From the NCBI GenBank assembly GCA_022013895.1, contig JAKLPK010000057.1, forward strand, positions 1-57,433: DNA of 57,433 nt, written 5' to 3'. The notes beneath the pieces are model-generated. The model searched no databases. It was not told the DNA's origin and was given only the letters and a program-made list of their open reading frames with translations. Below, in pieces: positions 1 through 9,120 of this stretch (its first letter is position 1; every line of letters begins with the position of its first letter). The stretch comes from Cellulomonas sp. (GTDB taxonomy: Bacteria > Actinomycetota > Actinomycetes > Actinomycetales > Cellulomonadaceae). The position numbers and the translations under genes were made by a program.

Positions 1-423
1 ATCAACTCGCCCTGGAACACGTTCTTCCTCATCGTCGTGATGATCTGGATCCAGGCCGGGTTCGCGATGACCATCCTCTCGGCCTCGATCAAGGCGATCC
101 CGGCCGAGATCACCGAGGCCGCCCGGCTCGACGGCGTGTCCGCGACCCAGATGTTCCGGTTCGTCACGCTGCCGAGCATCCGGCCGTCAGTGGTCGTGGT
201 GCTCACCACGATCGCGATCGGCTGCCTCAAGGTCTTCGACATCATCCGCACGATGACCGGCGGCGCGTTCGACACCTCGGTCGTGGCCAACGAGTTCTAC
301 TCGCAGAGCTTCTCGGCCGGGAACCCGGGCCTCGGCGCCGCGCTCGCGGTGCTGCTGTTCGTGCTCGTCATCCCGATCATCGTCTACAACATCCGCCAGA
401 TGCGGGCCTCGGAGGGATCGTGA
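1..423 (+). CDS. carbohydrate ABC transporter permease, 5'-truncated by window edge
   Basis: Open frame from base 1; EAA loop (EAARLDG); hydrophobic helices; stop overlaps next start. Confidence 0.9.
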   Translation: MNSPWNTFFLIVVMIWIQAGFAMTILSASIKAIPAEITEAARLDGVSATQMFRFVTLPSIRPSVVVVLTTIAIGCLKVFDIIRTMTGGAFDTSVVANEFYSQSFSAGNPGLGAALAVLLFVLVIPIIVYNIRQMRASEGS

Positions 424-1355
424 TGACCACCACCACGCCACCGCTGGACGAGGCCGTCGTCCCGCCCACCCGCACCAGGCGGGGTGGGCGCCGCACCTCG
501 GGCGAGATCGCCAAGAAGCAGCTGACGTCTCCCTGGGCGTCCTTCGCCGCGATCGTGCTCGCCATCGTCTGGACGCTGCCGACGTTCGGTCTGCTCATCA
601 CGTCGATCCGACCTGCCGCCGACATCAAGACGTCCGGCTGGTGGACGTTCTTCACCAACCCGAACCTCTCGCTGGAGAACTACCAGCAGGTGCTCGGCGG
701 GACCGGGTCGGACAACCTCGCGCCGTACTTCATCAACTCGATCGTGATCACGGTCCCGGCAGTCCTGGCACCGATCCTGATCGCCTCGCTCGCGGCGTAC
801 GCCTTCGCCTGGATGGACTTCCGGGGGAAGAACTTCCTGTTCGTCGCGGTGTTCGCGCTCCAGATCGTGCCGATCCAGGTCACCCTGATCCCGCTGCTCA
901 CGCTGTACGTGGACCTGGGGATCAGCGGCACGTACTGGGCGGTGTGGCTCTCGCACACGATGTTCGCCCTGCCGCTCGCCGTGTTCCTGCTGCACAACTT
1001 CATGCGGGAGATCCCCGGCGAGCTCATCGAGGCGGCGCGCGTGGACGGCGCCGGGCACGTCACGATCTTCTTCAAGCTCATGCTGCCGATGCTGACCCCG
1101 GCCCTCGCCGCGTTCGGCATCTACCAGTTCCTGTGGGTGTGGAACGACCTGCTGGTCGCCCTCACCTTCGCCGGTTCGTCCAAGGCGGTGGCACCGATGA
1201 CGGTGGCGCTGTTCAACCTGACGGGGACGCGTGGGTCGTCCTGGCAGCTGCTGTCGGCCGGGGCGTTCGTGTCGATCATCGTGCCGGTGATGGTCTTCGT
1301 CTTCCTGCAGCGGTACTTCGTGCGCGGCCTGCTCGCGGGGTCGGTCAAGGGGTAG
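420..1355 (+). CDS. carbohydrate ABC transporter permease (MalG/AglG type)
   Basis: EAARVDGA motif; C-terminal QRYFVRGLLAGSVKG typical of CUT1 permeases. Confidence 0.92.
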   Translation: MMTTTTPPLDEAVVPPTRTRRGGRRTSGEIAKKQLTSPWASFAAIVLAIVWTLPTFGLLITSIRPAADIKTSGWWTFFTNPNLSLENYQQVLGGTGSDNLAPYFINSIVITVPAVLAPILIASLAAYAFAWMDFRGKNFLFVAVFALQIVPIQVTLIPLLTLYVDLGISGTYWAVWLSHTMFALPLAVFLLHNFMREIPGELIEAARVDGAGHVTIFFKLMLPMLTPALAAFGIYQFLWVWNDLLVALTFAGSSKAVAPMTVALFNLTGTRGSSWQLLSAGAFVSIIVPVMVFVFLQRYFVRGLLAGSVKG

Positions 1356-1446
1356 GGCGTGTGGTGCGCCCCGGGCCGTGTCCAGGGCGCACCACCGCAG
1401 GGGCACGGGCTCGGCCGTCACGGCCGGGCCCGTCGTTCGTCCGGGC

Positions 1447-1490
1447 TTGACGCACTATTTCGATAGTGATCTAATTCGAGTGTTATCGAA
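1447..1490 (+). promoter_or_regulatory. sigma70-type promoter overlapped by two tandem ArsR-type palindromes
   Basis: TTGACG at 1447-1452 and TCTAAT at 1470-1475 (17-nt spacer); TTCGA-N6-TCTAA at 1459-1474 and TTCGA-N6-TCGAA at 1475-1490; AT-rich island upstream of the ArsR-containing operon. Confidence 0.7.
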
Positions 1491-1533
1491 GTCGCACAGG
1501 GCGGCTTCGCTGCACACCCGATCGGAGCCCACG

Positions 1534-1869
1534 ATGAGCACGGTGCAGGTCACGGATGCCACGTTCGACGACGTCGTCCTCGGTTCGTCGGTGCCGGTGG
1601 TCGTCGACTACTGGGCGACCTGGTGCGCTCCCTGCCGCCAGGTCGCACCCCTCCTCGATCAGCTCTCGCAGGAGTACGACGGACGGCTGCTGGTCGCCAA
1701 GGTCGACGCCGACTCGAACCCGCTCGCGGTCTCGCGCGCCGGAGTCGTCTCGATCCCGACGCTCTCCTTCGTCGTCGACGGACAGGTGGTCGACACGATC
1801 ATCGGCGCCCGACCGAAGCCGGAGATCGCCGCGGCGATCGAAGCGGTGCTGGCCAAGGCTGCACGATGA
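1534..1869 (+). CDS. trxA: thioredoxin
   Basis: WCAPC active site, SIPT cis-Pro loop; GGAG RBS before ATG 1534; 111 aa. Confidence 0.92.
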   Translation: MSTVQVTDATFDDVVLGSSVPVVVDYWATWCAPCRQVAPLLDQLSQEYDGRLLVAKVDADSNPLAVSRAGVVSIPTLSFVVDGQVVDTIIGARPKPEIAAAIEAVLAKAAR

Positions 1870-2894
1870 ACGCCGGCACGGGGACCCGGCCCGAGTCCTA
1901 CACGATCGACCCCGAGATCGCCGAGGTGGTCGCGACCACCCTCAAGGCGGTCGCAGACCCGCTGCGACTGCGGATGCTCGCCCTGGTCGCCTCCAGCCCG
2001 GACGGCCAGGCCAGCGCCGGGGACCTTGCCGAGCTGGCCGATGTGTCGGGGCCGACGGTGTCCCACCACCTGCGGGTGCTCAAGGACGTCGGGGTCCTCA
2101 CGTCCCAACGCCAGGCCTCGTGGGTGCACTACCGGATCGCGCCGGCCTTCGCACCCGTCGTGCGATCCCTCCTCGACATCTTCGTACCGGCCGCCCGCGC
2201 GGCACAGGAACGGCCGCACGAGCTCACCGGGCTCAGCGACGTCGACCGGGCGCTCAGCTCGCTCGCCACCGAGCTCGCCGCCCGGCACCCCGACGTGCCC
2301 GCACCCCAGGTGCTCGCGACCGTCCGAGAGTCCTACACCGCACTGGCCAGGCACGCGACGGCACGCCAGCACCTCGTGGCACTGACCCGGCGGTTCGCCG
2401 ACCAGCGGCTCTCCGATGTGCGCGCGGTGGCCTCGCCCAGCCCGCAGAAGGCACCCCAGGTGCTGTTCGTCTGCGTCGCCAACGCCGGCCGCTCCCAGCT
2501 CGCCGCCGCCCTCGTCCAGCACTACGCCGGCCCGGCGATCACGGTCCGCTCGGCCGGTTCGGCCCCCGCCGGTGAGGTGCACGCCGCTGTCCTGCCCCTG
2601 CTCACCGAGCTCGGCGTCGCCGATGCCGCCTACCCCAAACCGCTCACGGACGACGCCGTCCGCGCCGCCGATGTCGTCATCACGATGGGCTGCGGCGACA
2701 TCTGCCCGATCCTCCCGGGGCTGCGCTACGAGGACTGGGCCGTCGGAGACCCCGCCGTCGCCTCCCCTGCCGGGGTCTCCGCGATCCGCGACGACATCGA
2801 CCGACGGGTCCGGGCACTGCTCACCGACCTCCTGCCGGACCTGCACCTGCCCGAGCCCGCGCTACCCGCCGGGACCCGGCCCGCGCAGTCCTGA
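1866..2894 (+). CDS. ArsR/SmtB HTH + helical linker domain + LMW-PTP-fold arsenate reductase (ArsC) fusion
   Basis: ATGA overlap with trxA; ADPLRLRML..SHHLRVLK HTH; CVANAGRSQ P-loop; MGCGDICP resolving cysteines; DW..GDP. Confidence 0.85.
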   Translation: MNAGTGTRPESYTIDPEIAEVVATTLKAVADPLRLRMLALVASSPDGQASAGDLAELADVSGPTVSHHLRVLKDVGVLTSQRQASWVHYRIAPAFAPVVRSLLDIFVPAARAAQERPHELTGLSDVDRALSSLATELAARHPDVPAPQVLATVRESYTALARHATARQHLVALTRRFADQRLSDVRAVASPSPQKAPQVLFVCVANAGRSQLAAALVQHYAGPAITVRSAGSAPAGEVHAAVLPLLTELGVADAAYPKPLTDDAVRAADVVITMGCGDICPILPGLRYEDWAVGDPAVASPAGVSAIRDDIDRRVRALLTDLLPDLHLPEPALPAGTRPAQS

Positions 2895-2953
2895 GCCCGG
2901 TGGCGGGCCGGGCCTGGCCTGGCCTGTCCCCACCCGAGCCCCGTCCCGGCCGT

Positions 2954-3082
2954 GAACTGGTCAGTTGGGACCCCCGACACGCCGCACCGACTCCCCCACG
3001 TGCCCAGTTCCCGCGGGCGGGCGGGCGGGGCCGCGCGCAGCCGCTCCCGTTCGTCCTCGCTGAACCAGTTCCCGCGGGCGGG
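2954..3082. repeat. REP-like imperfect inverted repeat element plus a partial second copy
   Basis: GAACTGGTCA (2954-2963) / TGCCCAGTTC (3001-3010) with central CGACACGCCG; CCAGTTCCCGCGGGCGGG repeated at 3004-3021 and 3065-3082; related to the element at 57245. Confidence 0.6.
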
Positions 3083-3153
3083 TGGACGAGCGGGGCGGGG
3101 CTGGACGGGGAGGGACGGGCGTGGGGGCTCGGGGGAGCGGCTGGTTCCGCCGG

Positions 3154-3855
3154 CTACGGGGCTGCGCATGCGGCGAGGGCAGCCTGGTACTCCGGGGTGG
3201 TGCCCTGCGGTCGGACCTCTTGCAGCACGTGGTCACGCACCCCGAGATCTGCGAGCACCTGGCTGAGCTCGGCGACGTCCGCGGGCCTCAGCACCGTCGG
3301 ATCGACCGTCGTGCGCACCTGCACGTCCACACCCGAGGCCAGCACCAGGCGCAGCGACTCGAAGGCTGCGTCCGCGCTGGTCGTCGGCCCCCCGACCCGG
3401 GTGATTGCCCGGTAGAGCCGAACCGGCGCCTTCACGTCGAGCCCCACCCAGTCCACCCAGGGGAGCACCCGCTCCAACCGGCGCGGGTAGGCCCCACCCG
3501 TGTGGAGGCCGACACCGAACCCGGCCTCGCGCACCTCCCGCGCGGCGTCGACGAGAGCGAGCTGTCGGGTCGGCTCACCACCGGAGAACACCACACCGTC
3601 GAGCAGCCCATGCCGGGCCGCGATCAGCTCGCGCACCTGCGACCACGGGACGACGCCGGGCGTGCGGGGGTCGATGATCGCCTGGTTGTGGCAGTAGGTG
3701 CACCGCCACGGGCAGCCCTGCAGGAAGACGGTCGCGACCAGGTGGTCCGGCCAGTCGCAGGTCGACATCTTGGTCAGACCTGCGATCTGCAGGCCGTCGG
3801 CGCGGTCCGGAGATGCCAGCACGGCGTCCCCGGACCGGTCGACGGCCGCGCTCAC
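3154..3855 (-). CDS. nrdG: anaerobic ribonucleotide reductase activating enzyme (radical SAM)
   Basis: GCPWRCTYCHN CxxxCxxC, FSGGEPT; GTGA overlap with nrdD stop. Confidence 0.92.
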   Translation of the reverse strand: MSAAVDRSGDAVLASPDRADGLQIAGLTKMSTCDWPDHLVATVFLQGCPWRCTYCHNQAIIDPRTPGVVPWSQVRELIAARHGLLDGVVFSGGEPTRQLALVDAAREVREAGFGVGLHTGGAYPRRLERVLPWVDWVGLDVKAPVRLYRAITRVGGPTTSADAAFESLRLVLASGVDVQVRTTVDPTVLRPADVAELSQVLADLGVRDHVLQEVRPQGTTPEYQAALAACAAP

Positions 3856-5648
3856 ACGTCCACCAGGACGGGCTCGCGGAAGGAGGTGCGCTCGGCCTGC
3901 TCGCCCTTCTTGCCGACGTTGAAGCTCGACACCGGGCGGTGGTACCCCATCACCCGGGTCCACACCTCGGTCACGGCACCGCAGGTGGGGCACTCCCACT
4001 GCTCACCGTTGAGGTACCCGTGCGCCGGGCAGATCGAGAACGTCGGGGTCACCGTGATGTACGGCAGCCGGAACCGGGACAGCGTGCGCCGCACCAGCTC
4101 CTTGCAGGCCGCCGAGGACGAGACGCGCTCGGCCATGTACAGGTGCAGCACGGTGCCGCCGGTGTACTTGGTCTGCAGCTCGTCCTGCCGCTCCAACGCC
4201 TCGAACGGGTCGTCGGTGAAGCCGACCGGCAGCTGGGAGGAGTTCGTGTAGTACGGGTTCTCGGGCGTCCCGGCCTGCAGGATGTCCGCGTAGCGCTTCT
4301 TGTCCTCCTTGGCGAAGCGGTACGTGGTGCCCTCGGCCGGGGTGGCCTCCAGGTTGTAGAGGTGACCGGTCTCCTCCTGGAACTCCACCATGCGGGCGCG
4401 GACGTGGTCGAGCAGCCGCACGGCCATGAGGTGACCCTCGTGGTCGGAGATGTCGAGCGCGTCGAGGGAGAAGTTGCGGATCATCTCGTTGACCCCGTTC
4501 ACCCCGATGGTCGAGAAGTGGCTGTCCAGGCTGCCCAGGTAGCGCCGGGTGTAGGGGAACAGCCCGTCGTCCATGAGCCGCTGGATGGTCTCGCGCTTGA
4601 GCTCCAACGAGTCGCGGGACAGCTCGAGCAGCCGGTCCAGCGCAGCGAGCAGCGCCGGCTCGTCACCCGCGTGCAGGTAGCCCAGGCGGGCGCAGTTGAT
4701 CGTGACCACACCCACCGAGCCGGTCTGCTCACCCGAACCGAACAGCCCGTTGCCGCGCTTGAGCAGCTCGCGCAGGTCGAGCTGCAGCCGGCAGCACATG
4801 GACCGCACGTCACCGGGCTCCATCTCGGAGTTGATGAAGTTCTGGAAGTAGGGCAGCCCGTACTTGGCGGTCATCTCGAACAGCCGGTCGGCGTTCTCGC
4901 TGTCCCAGTCGAAGTCCTTCGTGATGTTGTAGGTCGGGATCGGGAAGGTGAAGACCCGGCCCGATGCGTCACCGGCTGTCATCACCTCCATGTAGGCGCG
5001 GTTGATCACGTCCATCTCGACCTGCAGATCGCCGTAGGTGAAGTCGCACGGCTCATCGGCGACGAACACGACCTCCTCGCGCAGGTCCTCCGGGCAGACC
5101 CAGTCGAAGGTGAGGTTGGTGAACGGTGTCTGGGTGCCCCAGCGGCTGGGCACGTTGAGGTTGTAGACCAGCTCCTGGATGCCCTGGCGCACCTGCTCGT
5201 AGGTGAGGCCGTCCAGCCGCACGTACGGCGCCATGTACGTGTCGAACGAGCTGAACGCCTGTGCCCCGGCCCACTCGTTCTGCATCGTGCCGAGGAAGTT
5301 GACGATCTGGCCGATGGCCGAGCTGAAGTGCTTGGGTGCGGTCGCCTCGACCTTGCCCGGGACACCGTTGAGCCCCTCGGCGAGCAGTCGCTTGAGCGAC
5401 CAGCCGGCGCAGTACCCGGAGAGCATGTCGAGGTCGTGGATGTGCAGGTCGCCCTCGCGGTGCGCGGTCCCCACGGCCTCCGGGTACACCTGCGAGAGCC
5501 AGTAGTTCGCGATGACCTTGCCCGCGGTGTTGAGGATGAGCCCACCGAGCGAGTAGCCCTGGTTGGCATTGGCGTTGACACGCCAGTCGCTGCGGTCCAG
5601 GTACTCATCGATGGACGATGCGACGTCAACGGTCACGGACTTGGACAC
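3852..5648 (-). CDS. nrdD: class III (anaerobic) ribonucleoside-triphosphate reductase, no ATP cone
   Basis: HIHDL, SMCCRL finger loop, YYTNS, two C-terminal zinc-ligand pairs (CPAH, CPTC), TRVMGYHRP glycyl-radical motif. Confidence 0.95.
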   Translation of the reverse strand: MSKSVTVDVASSIDEYLDRSDWRVNANANQGYSLGGLILNTAGKVIANYWLSQVYPEAVGTAHREGDLHIHDLDMLSGYCAGWSLKRLLAEGLNGVPGKVEATAPKHFSSAIGQIVNFLGTMQNEWAGAQAFSSFDTYMAPYVRLDGLTYEQVRQGIQELVYNLNVPSRWGTQTPFTNLTFDWVCPEDLREEVVFVADEPCDFTYGDLQVEMDVINRAYMEVMTAGDASGRVFTFPIPTYNITKDFDWDSENADRLFEMTAKYGLPYFQNFINSEMEPGDVRSMCCRLQLDLRELLKRGNGLFGSGEQTGSVGVVTINCARLGYLHAGDEPALLAALDRLLELSRDSLELKRETIQRLMDDGLFPYTRRYLGSLDSHFSTIGVNGVNEMIRNFSLDALDISDHEGHLMAVRLLDHVRARMVEFQEETGHLYNLEATPAEGTTYRFAKEDKKRYADILQAGTPENPYYTNSSQLPVGFTDDPFEALERQDELQTKYTGGTVLHLYMAERVSSSAACKELVRRTLSRFRLPYITVTPTFSICPAHGYLNGEQWECPTCGAVTEVWTRVMGYHRPVSSFNVGKKGEQAERTSFREPVLVDV

Positions 5649-5659
5649 TGAGGCGCTCC

Positions 5660-5707
5660 CTACTAGATGTTGTGGTGCGACCGGGTGCGCACGACTAGAT
5701 ATGGGAT
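5660..5707 (-). promoter_or_regulatory. tandem NrdR boxes
   Basis: CTACTAGATGTTGTGG (5660-5675) and CGACTAGATATGGGAT (5692-5707) match acaCwAtATaTwGtgt; 32 bp apart; just upstream of nrdD. Confidence 0.85.
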
Positions 5708-5736
5708 ATTTCTATGTCAGCAGGTACCTCAAACCC

Positions 5737-5750
5737 GGGACGTACGTCCT
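5737..5750. promoter_or_regulatory. DosR-like palindrome upstream of nrdD
   Basis: GGGACGTACGTCCT. Confidence 0.55.
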
Positions 5751-6035
5751 TGGTCGGGGGTGCCGCGCCGCGCGACCTGCACGCCCGCGGACGACGCCAC
5801 GCGAACGTCCCGGCGTGTCGTTCCACACCTCCGGAGAGCCAGGCGCACCGCGCCCCGATCCCTCGACGTCGGCCGGGCGTCCGCGGCGCGGGAGGGAGGT
5901 GGATCACGGCCCCGGGGTGCGCCGGGGCCCGGGCGCCCGCAGACTCCCGGTGTGACCGCACCGCCGCGCAGCCGACCGCCTGAACCGGTCGCGCACACCC
6001 TGCCCGGTCTGGTCCCCGGCACCGGACCTGACGGG

Positions 6036-7586
6036 ATGCCCCGCCCGGACGCCCCGCTGGCCGCCGTCACCGGTGCGACGGGCTACGTCGGGGGTCGACT
6101 GGTTCCTGAGCTGCTCGCCGCGGGCTACCGGGTGCGGGCGCTCGCCCGCCGCCCGGACCGGCTGCGCGGACGGTCCTGGTACCCGCAGGTCGACCCGGTG
6201 GACCTGGACGTCACCGACCTGCGCCGCACCCGCGAAGCGCTGGACGGGGTGGACGTCCTGTACTACCTGATCCACTCGCTGGGCTCGGGCCGCTCGTTCG
6301 CCGCCACCGACCGGAGCGCGGCGCTCACGATGGCCCGCGCCGCCCGGGAGGCGGGGGTGCGCCGCATCGTCTACCTCGGCGGGCTGCACCCCGATGACGA
6401 GGAGCTGTCGGTGCACCTGGCCTCCCGCACCGAGGTCGAGGAGATCCTGCTGGCCAGCGGCGTGCCCACGATCGCGCTGCGCGCCGCCGTCATCCTCGGC
6501 TCCGGCTCTGCCTCGTTCGAGATGATGCGTTACCTCACCGAACGGCTGCCTGCGATGACGGTGCCGCGCTGGGTCGCCAACCGGATCCAGCCGATCGCGG
6601 TGCGCGACGTGCTGCGCTACCTGGTGGGGGTCGCATCGGCACCGGCTTCGACGTCCCGCGGGTACGACATCGGTGGGCCGGAGGTCCTCACCTACCGCGA
6701 CCTCATGCAGCTGTACGCCGCGACCGCCGGGCTGCCCCGGCGGCTCATCGTGGCGGTCCCGGTGCTGAGCCCGCGGCTGTCGAGCCTGTGGGTGTCGCTC
6801 GTCACCCCGGTGCCCGGTCCCCTGGCCCGCCCGCTCGTCGACTCGCTCGTGCACGAGGTGGTGTGCAAGGAGCACGACATCGCCACCCTGGTGCCGGATC
6901 CGCCGGCCGGTCTGGTCGGGGTGGCCCGGGCGATCGAGCTGGCGCTCGCCCGGATCGACGACGGTGCGGTGTCGACCTCATGGGCCAGCGCCTCGATGCG
7001 GGGCGCACCGAGCGACCCGCTGCCCTCGGACCCGCGATGGGCCGGCGGCACGCTCTACCGCGATGAGCGGCGCACCCGGGTGGCGGCCTCGCCCGCAGCA
7101 CTGTGGCGGGTGCTGGAACGGGTCGGCGGCGACCGGGGCTGGTTCTCCTGGTCGTTGGCCTGGCGGGTGCGCGGGCTGGCCGACCGGCTGGCCGGCGGAC
7201 CCGGTCTGCGGCGCGGACGACGCGACCGCGACCACCTCGTGGTGGACGACGCCGTGGACTTCTGGCGGGTGGAGCTCGTGGAGCCCGGACGCGTGGTGCG
7301 GCTACGCGCCGAGATGCGGCTGCCGGGCGTGGCCTGGCTCGAGCTCGCGATCGAGGGCGGGCAGGGGTGGGACCAGGTCGGGGTGACCTTCGCCCAGCGC
7401 GCTCTCTTCGCACCGCGGGGGCTGCTCGGCCACGTGTACTGGTGGGCGGTCGCGCCGTTCCACGGCGTGGTCTTCGGTGGGATGCAGCGCAATGTCGCAC
7501 GCGCCGCCGAAGCCGTCGAGCGGGCCCGCACAGACCGGACCAGCAGCGATGCGCCGGTGGACGACGTCCTCAGCTCCGGCGACTGA
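6036..7586 (+). CDS. atypical SDR NAD(P)-binding protein with C-terminal DUF2867/SRPBCC domain (YbjT-like)
   Basis: VTGATGYVGG Rossmann motif; GSGSASFEMMRYL; AEMRLPG..WLE; start uncertain (GTG 5952 possible). Confidence 0.82.
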   Translation: MPRPDAPLAAVTGATGYVGGRLVPELLAAGYRVRALARRPDRLRGRSWYPQVDPVDLDVTDLRRTREALDGVDVLYYLIHSLGSGRSFAATDRSAALTMARAAREAGVRRIVYLGGLHPDDEELSVHLASRTEVEEILLASGVPTIALRAAVILGSGSASFEMMRYLTERLPAMTVPRWVANRIQPIAVRDVLRYLVGVASAPASTSRGYDIGGPEVLTYRDLMQLYAATAGLPRRLIVAVPVLSPRLSSLWVSLVTPVPGPLARPLVDSLVHEVVCKEHDIATLVPDPPAGLVGVARAIELALARIDDGAVSTSWASASMRGAPSDPLPSDPRWAGGTLYRDERRTRVAASPAALWRVLERVGGDRGWFSWSLAWRVRGLADRLAGGPGLRRGRRDRDHLVVDDAVDFWRVELVEPGRVVRLRAEMRLPGVAWLELAIEGGQGWDQVGVTFAQRALFAPRGLLGHVYWWAVAPFHGVVFGGMQRNVARAAEAVERARTDRTSSDAPVDDVLSSGD

Positions 7587-7602
7587 CCCTTCCGGGCGAC
7601 GC

Positions 7603-7639
7603 TCCGGGGCCCGGCCGCGATGCCCGGCCGGGCCCCGGA
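7603..7639. terminator. bidirectional hairpin terminator between convergent genes
   Basis: TCCGGGGCCCGGCCG / CGGCCGGGCCCCGGA perfect 15-bp stem, 7-nt loop. Confidence 0.75.
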
Positions 7640-7645
7640 CGCCAG

Positions 7646-8674
7646 TCAGGCGTTCAGGTCCAGGACGATGCGGCCGTCGATCTGCCCCTTCTTCATCCGG
7701 TCGAAGATGTCGTTGATGTTCTCCAGCGGCTCGCTGGCCACCGTCGGGCGGATCTTGCCCGTGGCGTAGAACTCGAGTGCCTCGGCGAGGTCCTGCCGGG
7801 TGCCGACGATCGATCCGCGGATGGTGAGGCCCTTGAGCACCACATCGAAGATCGAGGCCGGGAACTCACCCGGAGGCAGGCCGTTGAACACGATCGTCCC
7901 GCCGCGCCGGGTCAGCCCGATGGCCTGGCCGAACGCGGCCGGGTGCACGGCCGTGACCAGCACACCGTCGACACCGCCGGTCTGGTCCTGCACCGACTCG
8001 ATGACGTCCTCGGTCCGGGCGTTGACCGTGATCTCGGCGCCGTGCTTGCGGGCGAGCGCGAGCTTGGTCTCATCGACGTCGATCGCCACCACCCGCATCC
8101 CCATCGCGTGCGCGTACTGCACGGCGATGTGGCCGAGACCGCCGATGCCGGAGACCGCGACCCACTGGCCGGGTCGGGTGTCGGTGACCTTGAGACCCTT
8201 GTAGACCGTGACGCCGGCGCACAGGATCGGCGCGACCTCGACCGGGTCGGCACCGTCGGGGATGCGCGCGGCGTAGGTGGCGTCGACCAGCATGTACTCG
8301 CCGAACGAGCCGTTGACCGAGTAGCCGCCGTTCAGCTGCTTCTCGCAGAGCGTCTCCCAGCCGGTGCGGCAGAACCGGCACTCACCGCAGGCCGACCAGA
8401 GCCAGGCGTTGCCGACCAGCTGGCCGACCTTGAGCGAGGTGACGCCGGTGCCCAGCTCGACCACCTCGCCGTAGCCCTCGTGGCCCGGGACGAAGGGCAG
8501 ACCGGGCTTGACCGGCCAGTCGCCCTCGACGGCGTGCAGGTCGGTGTGGCAGACACCGGAGGTCGCCACCTTGACCAGCGCCTGGTTCGGTCCGGGTGCG
8601 GGGATCGGGATCTCGTCGATGGACAGGGGGCCGCCGGCCTGGTGGACGACCGCGGCGCGCATGGTCTGGCTCAT
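7646..8674 (-). CDS. adhP: zinc-dependent alcohol dehydrogenase (AdhP type)
   Basis: GVCHTDLH, GHEG, structural Zn CGECRFC..C, GIGGLG; AAAGG RBS. Confidence 0.93.
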   Translation of the reverse strand: MSQTMRAAVVHQAGGPLSIDEIPIPAPGPNQALVKVATSGVCHTDLHAVEGDWPVKPGLPFVPGHEGYGEVVELGTGVTSLKVGQLVGNAWLWSACGECRFCRTGWETLCEKQLNGGYSVNGSFGEYMLVDATYAARIPDGADPVEVAPILCAGVTVYKGLKVTDTRPGQWVAVSGIGGLGHIAVQYAHAMGMRVVAIDVDETKLALARKHGAEITVNARTEDVIESVQDQTGGVDGVLVTAVHPAAFGQAIGLTRRGGTIVFNGLPPGEFPASIFDVVLKGLTIRGSIVGTRQDLAEALEFYATGKIRPTVASEPLENINDIFDRMKKGQIDGRIVLDLNA

Positions 8675-8748
8675 GAGGATGCCTTTCGACGTCCGACGTC
8701 GTCGTCGACGTCGGGGTGTGCCGGCGCCCGGTTCGGGCGCCACGATCG

Positions 8749-8936
8749 ACGCTACGAAGCCGACGTTGCAGGCCCGTTGCAGTTCGGCACCGCAGATCCC
8801 GCCACCCCGCCCCAGCGATGCCCGACGCCGCCTGAGCCTTTGGTCCCGAGTTCGAGGCGGGACGAAAGTCCCGGTCGCTCTCGTGACCCTGGCCACAGCG
8901 GGCCCGCTGCCGCGCCACCGATGGGCCATCGGTCCC
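8749..8936 (-). promoter_or_regulatory. adhP regulatory region: -10 element, 11-bp-spaced direct repeat and four DosR-like boxes
   Basis: TAGCGT on minus strand (8749-8754); CGTTGCAG at 8764 and 8775; GAGCCTTTGGTCCC 8834, GGGACGAAAGTCCC 8859, GTGACCCTGGCCAC 8883, GGGCCATCGGTCCC 8923. Confidence 0.6.
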
Positions 8937-9120
8937 GGCGCACCCAGGCACCGGGTGCACACTCGGTTCCCGTGATCCAGGGGGAAGAGAACGGCTCGGA
9001 CGAGAAGCAGCGCAGGCAGCGACGGGTCGTCGTGCTCGGCGGTCTGGTGACGGCCATGGTCGGGCTGCGGCTGCTGTCGTCATGCGCGGCGAGCGAGGAC
9101 GTCGGTGCGAGACTGGATGG

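Noticed and set aside
5667-6035. N-terminal extensions in the ORF track (also 8675-8962, 15416-15865, 43924-44562, 46911-47555)
   Set aside because: They run through promoters or overlap upstream genes; downstream starts have RBS or stop-start overlaps
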